Assembly: GCA_903851365.1 (NCBI GenBank)
Contig: CAINOB010000020.1
Coordinates: forward strand, 106,986-170,985
DNA from: an uncultured Bacteroidota bacterium
Lineage (GTDB): Bacteria > Bacteroidota > Bacteroidia > Bacteroidales > UBA12481
Reading direction: 5' to 3'
DNA: 64,000 bases
The notes under the pieces are model-generated. The model did not search any database. It had not been told where the DNA came from and saw only the letters and a program-made list of their open reading frames with translations. Made by a program: the position numbers and the translations under genes. Positions within the stretch are counted from its first letter, which is position 1. The number at the start of each line of letters is the position of its first letter. This document shows positions 42,504-51,219 of the stretch, piece by piece.

Positions 42504-43709
42504 ATGTTTTCCGATAAAATTGTCATATCCGGAACCGGCTGTGCCCTTGCCGATTACTTATATACCGGAATTAAGTTCAACAGTCCCGAATTCCTGAAAT
42601 ACCAGTCGAAGGAAGGTGGTGATGGAGGGTTATCGCCGGGAAAGTTAGTTTTTACGGAAGAACTGGAGAAATTCTCATCAACCCCCTATCCGGAGATTTT
42701 CTCGCAATTAACCGGTGATAAACAGGCTGATTCGATAAATATCGGCGGGCCTGGTTTGGTTTCACTTATTAATACTTCACAACTTCTCAATCCTTCTGAA
42801 TTTCAAGTTTCTTATTACGGTGGAGCTGGCAATGATGAAACAGCCGATTTTATCTTCAATCTTCTGCAGAAAACACCGCTGGACATCTCAAATTATAAAA
42901 GAATCGGCGCAAAATTCACTCCATTTACCCATGTTCTTTCTGATCCCACTTACGACAATAATCATGGGGAAAGAACATTTATCAATAATATAGGTGCTGC
43001 CTGGGATTACACGCCCGACCTCATTCACAATGATTTTTTCAAGTCTGATCTTGTCTGTTTCGGGGGCACTGCTCTTGTGCCTCAGATACACGATCATTTA
43101 ACCGGGCTGCTTGGCAAGGCTAAGGATAACAGGTGCATGACAGTAGTAAATACGGTTTTTGATTTCCGTAATGAGAAACTGAATCCCGGACAAGCCTGGC
43201 CTTTGGGAAATACTTCCGAAAGCCTTAAGCTGATTGACCTTTTAATTATGGATTGTGAAGAATCGCTGAGAATAAGCGGCTGCCATACTATTGAAGAGGC
43301 GGCCGACTATTTTGCCGGGCAAAATGTAGCCTCCTTCATTATTACGAACGGCATCAGAAACCTCTTTGCATTTTCAAATGGCAAGGTCTTCCGAAAAACC
43401 GGTATCATCCAGTTTCCTGTATCAACAAAAGTTGTTGAAACGATAAAACTATTTCCAGATCTCAAGGGGGATACAACGGGTTGTGGCGACAATTTTGCCG
43501 GTGGAGCTATTGCTTCTATCGCCCGGCAATTGAAAACCAGCCAAAAAGGTGATTTTGACTTAGAGGATACGATTGCCTGGGCCACTGCCTCCGGTGGATT
43601 TGCCTGTTACTGCGTTGGAGGAACCTATGTGGAAGCGAAATCCGGGGAAAAATTGGAGAAGGTCAGCGATCTGGTAAAGGATTATAAAAGCCAAATTTCA
43701 AAATTGTGA
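42504..43709 (+). CDS. PfkB-family carbohydrate kinase, unusually long (401 aa)
   Basis: C-terminal ATP/anion-hole motif DTTGCGDNFAGGAIAS. N-terminal GTGCALADY. Roughly 70-90 aa longer than typical ribokinase-family members. Confidence 0.75.
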   Translation: MFSDKIVISGTGCALADYLYTGIKFNSPEFLKYQSKEGGDGGLSPGKLVFTEELEKFSSTPYPEIFSQLTGDKQADSINIGGPGLVSLINTSQLLNPSEFQVSYYGGAGNDETADFIFNLLQKTPLDISNYKRIGAKFTPFTHVLSDPTYDNNHGERTFINNIGAAWDYTPDLIHNDFFKSDLVCFGGTALVPQIHDHLTGLLGKAKDNRCMTVVNTVFDFRNEKLNPGQAWPLGNTSESLKLIDLLIMDCEESLRISGCHTIEEAADYFAGQNVASFIITNGIRNLFAFSNGKVFRKTGIIQFPVSTKVVETIKLFPDLKGDTTGCGDNFAGGAIASIARQLKTSQKGDFDLEDTIAWATASGGFACYCVGGTYVEAKSGEKLEKVSDLVKDYKSQISKL

Positions 43710-44920
43710 TCATTACGAACCCTGAAAAATTGGTACTGTTCGGAGCCGGGAAAATTGGCCGTTCCTTTATCGGGCAGCTTTTCAGCCTTGGTGGATATGA
43801 AATTGTGTTTATCGACACATATAAGCCTGTTATTGATGAGCTTAATCTAAAAAGGCAATATAATGTTATTATCAAAGGGCAAACGACTGAGGTACTCATT
43901 ATCAATAATGTCCAGGGTATTATGGCCGATGACCTTGACAAAGCCACAGAGGAAATCGCATCTGCCCGCATCCTTGCCGTTTCAGTCGGCATAGCGGGAT
44001 TGCCCTCAACGATCCCACTGATCGCTAAAGGCTTGCTAAATCGATATGAAATTAATCCGGATTACCCACTGGATATTATCCTTGCGGAAAACCTTCGCAA
44101 TGCGGCGGATTACATGCGTACCGAGCTAATCGGTCAATTACCGGATTGGTACCCATTTAACCGTCTCGTTGGTCTTATTGAGACCAGCATCGGTAAAATG
44201 GTGCCGATCATGCAGGAAAAAGATATGCAGGAAGACCTTTTACAGGTATTTGCCGAACCCTATAACACCTTGATCCTGGACAAGCTGGCCTTCAAGAATC
44301 CCATTCCTGACATCCCGGGCCTTTCACCTAAAGTAAACATGAAAGCATGGGTCGACCGTAAACTTTTCATTCATAATCTCGGGCATGCATCTACCGCTTA
44401 TCTTGGATATTTGTTCCATCCGGGATTTGTGTACCTCTATGAGGCTCTGCATGTTCCCGAAGTAAAAAACAGGGTAAGGGACACCATGCTTCAAGCGGCG
44501 GATATTCTCTTAGCCCGGTACCCCGAAGAATTTACTATCGAAGCATTAACTGACCATATCGATGATCTACTTTTTCGTTTTCAGAATAAAGCCCTCGGCG
44601 ACACCATTTATCGCGTAGGATGCGATTTATTACGTAAGCTGGGACCCGAAGACAGGCTGGCCGGTGCAATTCAACTTGCTTTGGAGCTGTCGTTGCCATA
44701 TAACCGGATCCTCTATGCTTTAGTTGCGAGTTTCAATTTCCGGGCAACTGATGAAAACGGTAATCAGTTTCCGGGCGATGAGGAATTCTCCAGAAAATCC
44801 AAAAAGGGGATTGACTTTATCTTATCAGAGGTTTGTGGTTTTAATGAAAAGCTGGACCCTGAAATCTATGTTCAGGCCAGGGAAATGCAGAGCGAAATTT
44901 TGCGGTTATCTGTCAGATAG
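43706..44920 (+). CDS. Mannitol-dehydrogenase-family protein (mannitol-1-phosphate 5-dehydrogenase-like)
   Basis: N-terminal Rossmann LVLFGAGKIGRSFIGQLF. Catalytic-region KLFIHNLGHA. About 400 aa. The GTG start forms a GTGA overlap with the PfkB stop. Confidence 0.6.
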   Translation: MIITNPEKLVLFGAGKIGRSFIGQLFSLGGYEIVFIDTYKPVIDELNLKRQYNVIIKGQTTEVLIINNVQGIMADDLDKATEEIASARILAVSVGIAGLPSTIPLIAKGLLNRYEINPDYPLDIILAENLRNAADYMRTELIGQLPDWYPFNRLVGLIETSIGKMVPIMQEKDMQEDLLQVFAEPYNTLILDKLAFKNPIPDIPGLSPKVNMKAWVDRKLFIHNLGHASTAYLGYLFHPGFVYLYEALHVPEVKNRVRDTMLQAADILLARYPEEFTIEALTDHIDDLLFRFQNKALGDTIYRVGCDLLRKLGPEDRLAGAIQLALELSLPYNRILYALVASFNFRATDENGNQFPGDEEFSRKSKKGIDFILSEVCGFNEKLDPEIYVQAREMQSEILRLSVR

Positions 44921-44975
44921 CAGCAATTTCTTTTGTATAAATAACTAATTTATGGTCCTCATAAATTAGATCATA

Positions 44976-45860
44976 ATGAAAATTAAACTCGTGACCCTCA
45001 GTATATTCCTTTCGATAAGCACCATGGCATTTACGCAGTCGGTGCCAATGGGGCAAGTACTGGAAGGATTAACGATGCAGAGCCAGATTCTTGGACATGC
45101 AGTAAACTTTGCAGTGTACCTGCCGCCTGATTACAAGGCCGGAACTCGCCTATATCCAGTTGTGTATCTCCTTCATGGGTACACAGATAATGAATCAGGT
45201 TGGATACAATTCGGTGAAATTAATACGATTGCCGACCGTGCCATTGAATCCAGGGAAATACCTCCGATGATTATTGTAATGCCTGATGCTAAGGCTACCT
45301 GGTATATGAATAACGCCGATGGTTCGGAAAAATACGAAGATATGTTCATTCAGGAATTCATTCCCTGCATCGACAAAAACTACAGAACAAGGCCAACGAA
45401 GGAATTTCGCGGGATTGCGGGGTTATCAATGGGCGGCTTCGGTTCCCTCCTCTATTCGATGAAGTATCCCGATATGTTTGTTGCCTGCGCAGCCTATAGC
45501 GCTGCGGTTTGGACCGATGAGGAAATGAAAGCCAGACCTCTCGGTAATCGTGATGGTTTGTTCGAAAAACTATTTGGCCTGACAGCTGACAAATCGCTGC
45601 TAACTCCGCATTACAGGGCGAACAGCATTCTCGATCTGGTTTCAACTCTGCCAAAAGAGCAAATCGAAAAGGTCAGATTTTATATTGATTGCGGGGATGA
45701 TGATTTTCTTTACAAGGGAAATTCTGCTTTGCACGTCCTTCTTCGCGACAAACAAATTAAGCATGAATTCCGTACCCGCGATGGTGGTCACTCCTGGGTA
45801 TACTGGAGGACAGGTATTACAGACGGACTGAAATTTATCGGCGAAAGCTTTCACCGATAG
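44976..45860 (+). CDS. Secreted esterase (PF00756 putative-esterase / CE1-like alpha/beta hydrolase)
   Basis: Signal peptide. YPVVYLLHG, nucleophile elbow GLSMGGFGS, C-terminal GGHSW. Confidence 0.8.
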   Translation: MKIKLVTLSIFLSISTMAFTQSVPMGQVLEGLTMQSQILGHAVNFAVYLPPDYKAGTRLYPVVYLLHGYTDNESGWIQFGEINTIADRAIESREIPPMIIVMPDAKATWYMNNADGSEKYEDMFIQEFIPCIDKNYRTRPTKEFRGIAGLSMGGFGSLLYSMKYPDMFVACAAYSAAVWTDEEMKARPLGNRDGLFEKLFGLTADKSLLTPHYRANSILDLVSTLPKEQIEKVRFYIDCGDDDFLYKGNSALHVLLRDKQIKHEFRTRDGGHSWVYWRTGITDGLKFIGESFHR

Positions 45861-45870
45861 ACGCTGAAGA

Positions 45871-45912
45871 AGACAAAAGACAAAAGACAAAAGAAAAGAG
45901 ACAGAAGATTTA
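45871..45912. repeat. Heptanucleotide tandem repeat: (AGACAAA) x3 perfect, then degenerate units (agaaaag agacaga agattta), in an intergenic spacer
   Basis: Read directly, 10 nt after the esterase TAG stop. Confidence 0.9.
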
Positions 45913-45926
45913 AAGATTTTAATACT

Positions 45927-46214
45927 ATGAATACCATATCGTTATGCGGATTAGTTTGCGACGAGTGCGAGTTCTACAACAAAACCTGCAGCGGCTGCTA
46001 TGCCGTTAAGGGTTCAACCTTTTGGGCCCAGGAAATGATGCCAACCAAGGTTTGTCCTTTATTCCAATGTGCATTCAATGACAGGGGTTATGAAAGTTGT
46101 AGCGATTGCAGTGAACTGCCGTGCTCGCTTTTCCTTAGTATGAAAGATCCCTCTCTTTCTGATGAAGAGCATGAAAAAAGCATCAAGGAAAGAGTTGGAA
46201 GGCTAAGGAATTAA
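45927..46214 (+). CDS. Small cysteine-rich protein (DUF3795-like)
   Basis: 95 aa with CGLVCDEC...C.GC...C..FQC...C.DC...PC cysteine pattern. Confidence 0.5.
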   Translation: MNTISLCGLVCDECEFYNKTCSGCYAVKGSTFWAQEMMPTKVCPLFQCAFNDRGYESCSDCSELPCSLFLSMKDPSLSDEEHEKSIKERVGRLRN

Positions 46215-46216
46215 AT

Positions 46217-47548
46217 ATGAAACACATAATTGTTCTGCTGGCGGCACTTATTCTTGCCGGTAAGGTAAACTGTCAGGATGCCCGAATCAGTTTTTCGAGT
46301 GATGATCAGGTTCTGGTAAAAGGATTTGAGTGGGCAAAGAGGCAAGCCATGGCCTATGTTTTCCGCAACAATGATCCGGTTGGCCCTTGGTATGAAGCAG
46401 CCCTTCCCAAGCGTGAAGCTTTTTGCATGCGCGATGTCTCGCATCAGCTTATTGGCGCCCAAATGCTCGGATTGGCAGATATCAATAAAAATCTTTTGTC
46501 AAAATTTGTCGCTGCGATATCTGAAAGCCGCGATTGGTGTGGTTACTGGGAAATCAACCGGCATAATCTTCCCGCTCCTGTGGATTACAAATCGGATAAG
46601 GATTTCTGGTATAACCTTCCGGCAAATTTTGATATCCTGGATGCCTGTTACCGTGCCTGGCTCTGGACGGGTGATCCTATCTATCTCAATGATCCTGCTT
46701 TTATCAATTTTTACGATAAATCCCTGAATGAATATGTCAGGCGTTGGGACCCAGATGGTGATGGCCTCATGGAGGGTAATCCCGACAGTACCAGCAGTCG
46801 CGGACTGAGTTCCTACAATGAAGAAAAATATGGCAAAGTTGGCATAGATCTTCTTGCTGCCCAGTACATTGGCAACCTTGATTATTCAAAGATCCTGCTG
46901 TTTAAAAAGCAAGCGCTTTCGTCGGATGATTATCTTGCCCGGGCAATGAAAATTAAAAATCGGATTAATTCTATTTGGTGGGATCCTGAGAATAAGCTTT
47001 ACCATCATTATATTCGTTATAATGGTATGTGGCTGGATGACAAACAGATGATGTCGTTTCTCCTAAGGTGGGATGTGGTTCCCCACGACAGGGCTTCAGC
47101 AGTAATCGACCATTTGATCAAGGTCGTTCCCCAAACAGGCGTAGAGATGAACACTTATTATCCTCTGGAAACTTACAGGTACGGGAAAGCTGAAGATGCT
47201 TACCGTTTACTGGTCAGATTAGTATCGCCTGATCTAAAGCGCCGCGAATATCCGGAGGTCTCCTTTGCAGCAATTGAAGCCATCGGAATGGGACTCATGG
47301 GCATTCAGGCAGATGCCGGCACCCTGACGATTCGCACAAAATCACGTTTAACAGGCTCCACAGGTTGGGCCGAATTAAAGGATATGCCAGTTTTCGATGG
47401 AACTATTACTGTAAAACATGAGGGACGGATGAAAACCATCCTGACAAATAATACTAAAAAGGATATCAACTGGGAAGCAATGGCAGAAAGCGGGAAAGCG
47501 CAGATTATCAAGGTAAAACCCGGTCAAGCGAAAAAGATCAACCTGTAA
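46217..47548 (+). CDS. Secreted hypothetical protein, possibly an (alpha/alpha)6 glycosidase-like fold
   Basis: Signal peptide. Segment PKREAFCMRDVSHQLIGAQMLGL and later GDGLMEG resemble six-hairpin glycosidase motifs. The assignment is weak. Confidence 0.35.
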   Translation: MKHIIVLLAALILAGKVNCQDARISFSSDDQVLVKGFEWAKRQAMAYVFRNNDPVGPWYEAALPKREAFCMRDVSHQLIGAQMLGLADINKNLLSKFVAAISESRDWCGYWEINRHNLPAPVDYKSDKDFWYNLPANFDILDACYRAWLWTGDPIYLNDPAFINFYDKSLNEYVRRWDPDGDGLMEGNPDSTSSRGLSSYNEEKYGKVGIDLLAAQYIGNLDYSKILLFKKQALSSDDYLARAMKIKNRINSIWWDPENKLYHHYIRYNGMWLDDKQMMSFLLRWDVVPHDRASAVIDHLIKVVPQTGVEMNTYYPLETYRYGKAEDAYRLLVRLVSPDLKRREYPEVSFAAIEAIGMGLMGIQADAGTLTIRTKSRLTGSTGWAELKDMPVFDGTITVKHEGRMKTILTNNTKKDINWEAMAESGKAQIIKVKPGQAKKINL

Positions 47549-47583
47549 CATCAAAACCAGTGGTTTCCTTTTGAAGTCGCGAA

Positions 47584-48756
47584 TTAGCCTAAAAACTTCA
47601 CAGCGCCGGTGAACACCTGATGAAAGGCCTCATTTACCTGGGGACGAAGATTTTGATTACCCGTCGGAAAAGGATTTTCATGAGAATAGGGATAAGGGAA
47701 ATCCATAATCGACATCGGTATCTTATTACGATTTTCCGACCCCCAAAGGGTTCGCAAAATAGATTTGGCGGGAATTACCTGATCGAGTGCCAGACCGACT
47801 GCAGAAATCTGATTTCGCAATCGGTAAAATGCCTTCTCCCTGAAATTTTCGTGTTTATCCAGCCGTAACATGGCCATAAAAGCCGACCAAAGGACATTAA
47901 ACGTATTGAGATGTTCGATATTAATCTTGTTTCGGATCGATGACGGATCGTGCAGGATAAAAGCATCCTCCAGCCGGGCAAAGGCCTTTGTATCCATTAT
48001 ATACCTCGATATTCCCTGCATTTGTTCAAAGGAGCTTCCTCCCAGGAACAAAAAGCTCTTTGAATCTAAAAAGAGATCCTCCGGATTGGCAATCAATAAT
48101 ACTTCCAAAAGAAAGGCGCCAACTGAATAAGCAAAAAAATCGACGGATGCACCCTGACTGAATAATTCATGCTTTCCTGACCTTATCATTCTATTTAAGC
48201 ATATCAAATCGTAGCAGCTCTGCAATCCCGAAGTGCAAAACCACTCAGGATGGGTATCCAACCGTGTGCTCAATGCGGCATTTACAGGTGTAGCGACTGC
48301 ATTTTCAGGCGATTGATTCACACGCATCTGGTAGGCATCCTGCATAGCCCGGGGATCGCTCCAGAAACCGGGTGAGCGGTTAACATGAAAAGCCATCGGG
48401 AAAAGGATTACTGCCTTGCCTGTATTTTCTGATAAATATTGAGCCCAATAGAGGTATTTCAACCAGTTTCTTTCGTTTAACCCATGAAGCATGACGATAG
48501 CGCCAGTGGACTTTTGAACCCCTGAAGGCATGAACACAGGATAAGTAAAATTGAAATTTCCTTCATATGAACGCGCCAACAGGTCGGGCTGTCCGGCAAC
48601 CGAGATGTTATCCGAAATATCATGATTCCCATCCGGCCTTATGACCGACTGGAAGTTGCAATTCATGATCCTTGTTGAGGATCCCGGAATAGAAATATCA
48701 GGAGAATGGAAATCGTAACAGGATTTCAGCAGCTTCTGATTTTCAAAATAATCCAT
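47584..48756 (-). CDS. Alpha/beta-hydrolase-fold protein of unknown specificity
   Basis: AIVMLHGLNERNW (oxyanion HG). Nucleophile-elbow-like FFAYSVGAF. No signal peptide. Confidence 0.45.
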   Translation of the reverse strand: MDYFENQKLLKSCYDFHSPDISIPGSSTRIMNCNFQSVIRPDGNHDISDNISVAGQPDLLARSYEGNFNFTYPVFMPSGVQKSTGAIVMLHGLNERNWLKYLYWAQYLSENTGKAVILFPMAFHVNRSPGFWSDPRAMQDAYQMRVNQSPENAVATPVNAALSTRLDTHPEWFCTSGLQSCYDLICLNRMIRSGKHELFSQGASVDFFAYSVGAFLLEVLLIANPEDLFLDSKSFLFLGGSSFEQMQGISRYIMDTKAFARLEDAFILHDPSSIRNKINIEHLNTFNVLWSAFMAMLRLDKHENFREKAFYRLRNQISAVGLALDQVIPAKSILRTLWGSENRNKIPMSIMDFPYPYSHENPFPTGNQNLRPQVNEAFHQVFTGAVKFLG

Positions 48757-48775
48757 AGTTCTAAGTTTCTGGTGG

Positions 48776-48783
48776 CAAATTTA
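48776..48783 (-). promoter_or_regulatory. TAAATTTG (-7 box) 19 nt upstream of ATG 48756
   Basis: The plus strand reads caaattta. Exact TAnnTTTG match on the minus strand. Confidence 0.4.
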
Positions 48784-48954
48784 CGATGCATAAAAAGTGA
48801 TATCAACAGGGGTGTGGCAAACCGCTGATCTGAGTGATTAATCCGGAATTTTTGGGATCAAACACGAAATACAGGGACGAAATCGAGTGTCCGGATTCCC
48901 TTTCCATTGGTTTTGTAAAACGGCAGATTGCCCAACTTTGATTAATATTGCGGT

Positions 48955-49791
48955 ATGAATTTGAATCATGCGATACCCGACTTTTTTGTAAAGCGCCGTA
49001 ATACGGTGATTCAGATCATCTTCACCACTATTTTTGCCTATGCCTTTATCCTGATTTACCGTCCTTTCAACTCAAGAAGCTGGTTCGATGTAAATACAGG
49101 AAAATTTGCCTTCGGAGTAGGTTTTGTCGTCGTTTTGGGAATGCTGGTTGTCATTATCAGCAGGGTTATCATGAGTCAGATCCGAAAAATCCGGACGATA
49201 ACCATTGCCGGATATGCCATTATGATAGCATTGGAGGTGCTGGCCATGACGGGATTTTACATGATGATCCAGAAGGTTTTTTTGAAAGATCCCCGGTTCT
49301 GGTTTGAAGTTTATTACACAGCTATTCTGAATGCAACTCTGATCCTATTGATTCCATACCTCATCAGCCTTCTCTATTTTGCCTGGTACGACAAAAAACA
49401 AAAATTCGAAAGTCTGCTTTTTGAAAAACGAGCAGAACCGGAATCCAGATTCATCCATTTTGATGATGAAAACGGGGATACCAAGCTGAGTATCCAACTA
49501 AATGATCTACTCTATCTTGAAGCCAGCGAAAATTATGTGATCATTCACTACCTAAATCATACCCAACCCGACCGTATTCTTCTTCGCAACAGCATGAAAC
49601 GCATGGAGGAGCAATTGGCTGGGTTCCCGGTGGTCCGCTGTCACCGCTCCTATATGGTCAACCTCAATCGTATCAGGCTGGCCAAGAAAACTAAAGCCGG
49701 TATGGTGGTTGAATTATCCTCCTCGACACCAATACGTCTGCCTGTTTCGGAAACTTATAAGAGCAACTTCTCCGAAACATTAAGGTCTTGA
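48955..49791 (+). CDS. Membrane-anchored LytTR-domain DNA-binding protein
   Basis: Four N-terminal TM helices, then a LytTR domain (LLYLEASENYVIIHY...RCHRSYMVNLNRI). Confidence 0.8.
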   Translation: MNLNHAIPDFFVKRRNTVIQIIFTTIFAYAFILIYRPFNSRSWFDVNTGKFAFGVGFVVVLGMLVVIISRVIMSQIRKIRTITIAGYAIMIALEVLAMTGFYMMIQKVFLKDPRFWFEVYYTAILNATLILLIPYLISLLYFAWYDKKQKFESLLFEKRAEPESRFIHFDDENGDTKLSIQLNDLLYLEASENYVIIHYLNHTQPDRILLRNSMKRMEEQLAGFPVVRCHRSYMVNLNRIRLAKKTKAGMVVELSSSTPIRLPVSETYKSNFSETLRS

Positions 49792-49813
49792 AAGAATCGA
49801 TGTTTAAGATATT

Positions 49814-51217
49814 ATGAAGCAATTTCTGTTTTGGGCTTGCCTGGCAATGCTGACTTCAATCATTCAAGCTGAATCGCAGGTCACTATAGTGCTGCAATCT
49901 ATTCCTGCGTACACTCCGGCATCCGGACCAATTTATATTGCAGGTGATCTGAATGGCTGGGACCCCGGGGCTGCAGCACAGGCACTTCAGAAAAACCAGT
50001 CGGGACTTTGGCAGATTACACTTCCGGCTAAAAATGCAGGGACCGTTATACAATTCAAATTTACCCGGGGAAGCTGGGCAACAGTGGAAAAGGGTACTGG
50101 CGGAGAGGAAATTTCCAATCGGAGTTATACTTTTGGGCCTCCTGAAACCATATATCTATCTATCGCCAACTGGGCTGATAACAATGGAACGGTCACCACA
50201 ACTGCAGCAAAAAACGTTATACGGATTTCAGAAAACTTTCAGATTCCGCAGCTTGGCAGAACCAGGAGAATCTGGCTTTACCTGCCTCCGGACTATGCCG
50301 AAAGTCAGAAATCCTATCCAGTATTGTATATGCATGATGGTCAGAATGTGTTTGATTCTTTCACCTCCTTTGCCGGCGAGTGGAATGTGGATGAGAGCCT
50401 GAACGAGCTCGCAGCCCAGGGTTATGAGGTTCCCATTGTTGTTGCCATCGATAATGGCGGCATACACAGGATGGATGAGTATTCACCGTGGCATAACGCT
50501 GATTATGGTGGTGGTGAAGGGCAGCAGTATGTCGATTTTCTGGTAAATACGCTTAAACCCTACATTGATTCGGCATACCGAACAAAAAGAGATCGCGAAA
50601 ACACCGGAATCATGGGCAGCTCAATGGGCGGTCTTATTTCATTCTATGCAGCATTCAGCCGTCCTGACATTTTTGGCAAAGCCGGGATCTTCTCCCCATC
50701 CTACTGGTTTTCGCCATCCATTTGGCCATTTGTCAGAAACGCTGAGAAACGACATCCGATGCTTGTTTATCAACTGGTAGGAAGCCTTGAAGGCGGCACC
50801 ATGCCTTCTGATATGCTGGCAATGCAGGATACGCTCCGGAAATTCGGCTATTCCGCTAATGAATTAAAATCAAATGTTGTTAACGGTGGGCAGCATAATG
50901 AGTTATTCTGGAGAACCAATTTTAAAGAAGCCTTTTTATGGCTCTTTCCCGCTTCATCAGGGTTGCCGGATCAAACATTTATCAATAAAGGAATAAAATT
51001 ATATCCCAACCCGGCGAGGAACCTCATTTTCATGGATCGGCCCGAACAGAATATTTCAGTTAACCTCAAAATTTACGATATAGCTGGAGCTTGCGTCGCA
51101 GCGATTCACAATTTTGCTGGTTGCCAAATCGATCTCAACTCCCTGCCACCCGGAAAATATCTGTTAACGATATCAGGGGGGAAAAAAAGCTGGTCAGACT
51201 GGTTTATAAAGCTATAG
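49814..51217 (+). CDS. Secreted esterase (PF00756) with an N-terminal E-set/CBM-like domain and a T9SS C-terminal sorting domain
   Basis: Signal peptide. IYIAGDLNGWDPG...FKFTRGSWATVE (starch-binding-like). YPVLYMHDGQN, GSSMGG. C-terminal KLYPNPARNLIFM...GKYLLTI (Por_Secre_tail pattern). Confidence 0.8.
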   Translation: MKQFLFWACLAMLTSIIQAESQVTIVLQSIPAYTPASGPIYIAGDLNGWDPGAAAQALQKNQSGLWQITLPAKNAGTVIQFKFTRGSWATVEKGTGGEEISNRSYTFGPPETIYLSIANWADNNGTVTTTAAKNVIRISENFQIPQLGRTRRIWLYLPPDYAESQKSYPVLYMHDGQNVFDSFTSFAGEWNVDESLNELAAQGYEVPIVVAIDNGGIHRMDEYSPWHNADYGGGEGQQYVDFLVNTLKPYIDSAYRTKRDRENTGIMGSSMGGLISFYAAFSRPDIFGKAGIFSPSYWFSPSIWPFVRNAEKRHPMLVYQLVGSLEGGTMPSDMLAMQDTLRKFGYSANELKSNVVNGGQHNELFWRTNFKEAFLWLFPASSGLPDQTFINKGIKLYPNPARNLIFMDRPEQNISVNLKIYDIAGACVAAIHNFAGCQIDLNSLPPGKYLLTISGGKKSWSDWFIKL

Positions 51218-51219
51218 AA

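Noticed and set aside
44945-44969. The AT-rich hairpin ctaatttat-ggtcctc-ataaattag after the MtlD-like gene considered as a terminator.
   Set aside because: The stem is 9 bp but entirely A/T apart from the terminal pair, and no U-tract follows. The support is too weak to annotate.
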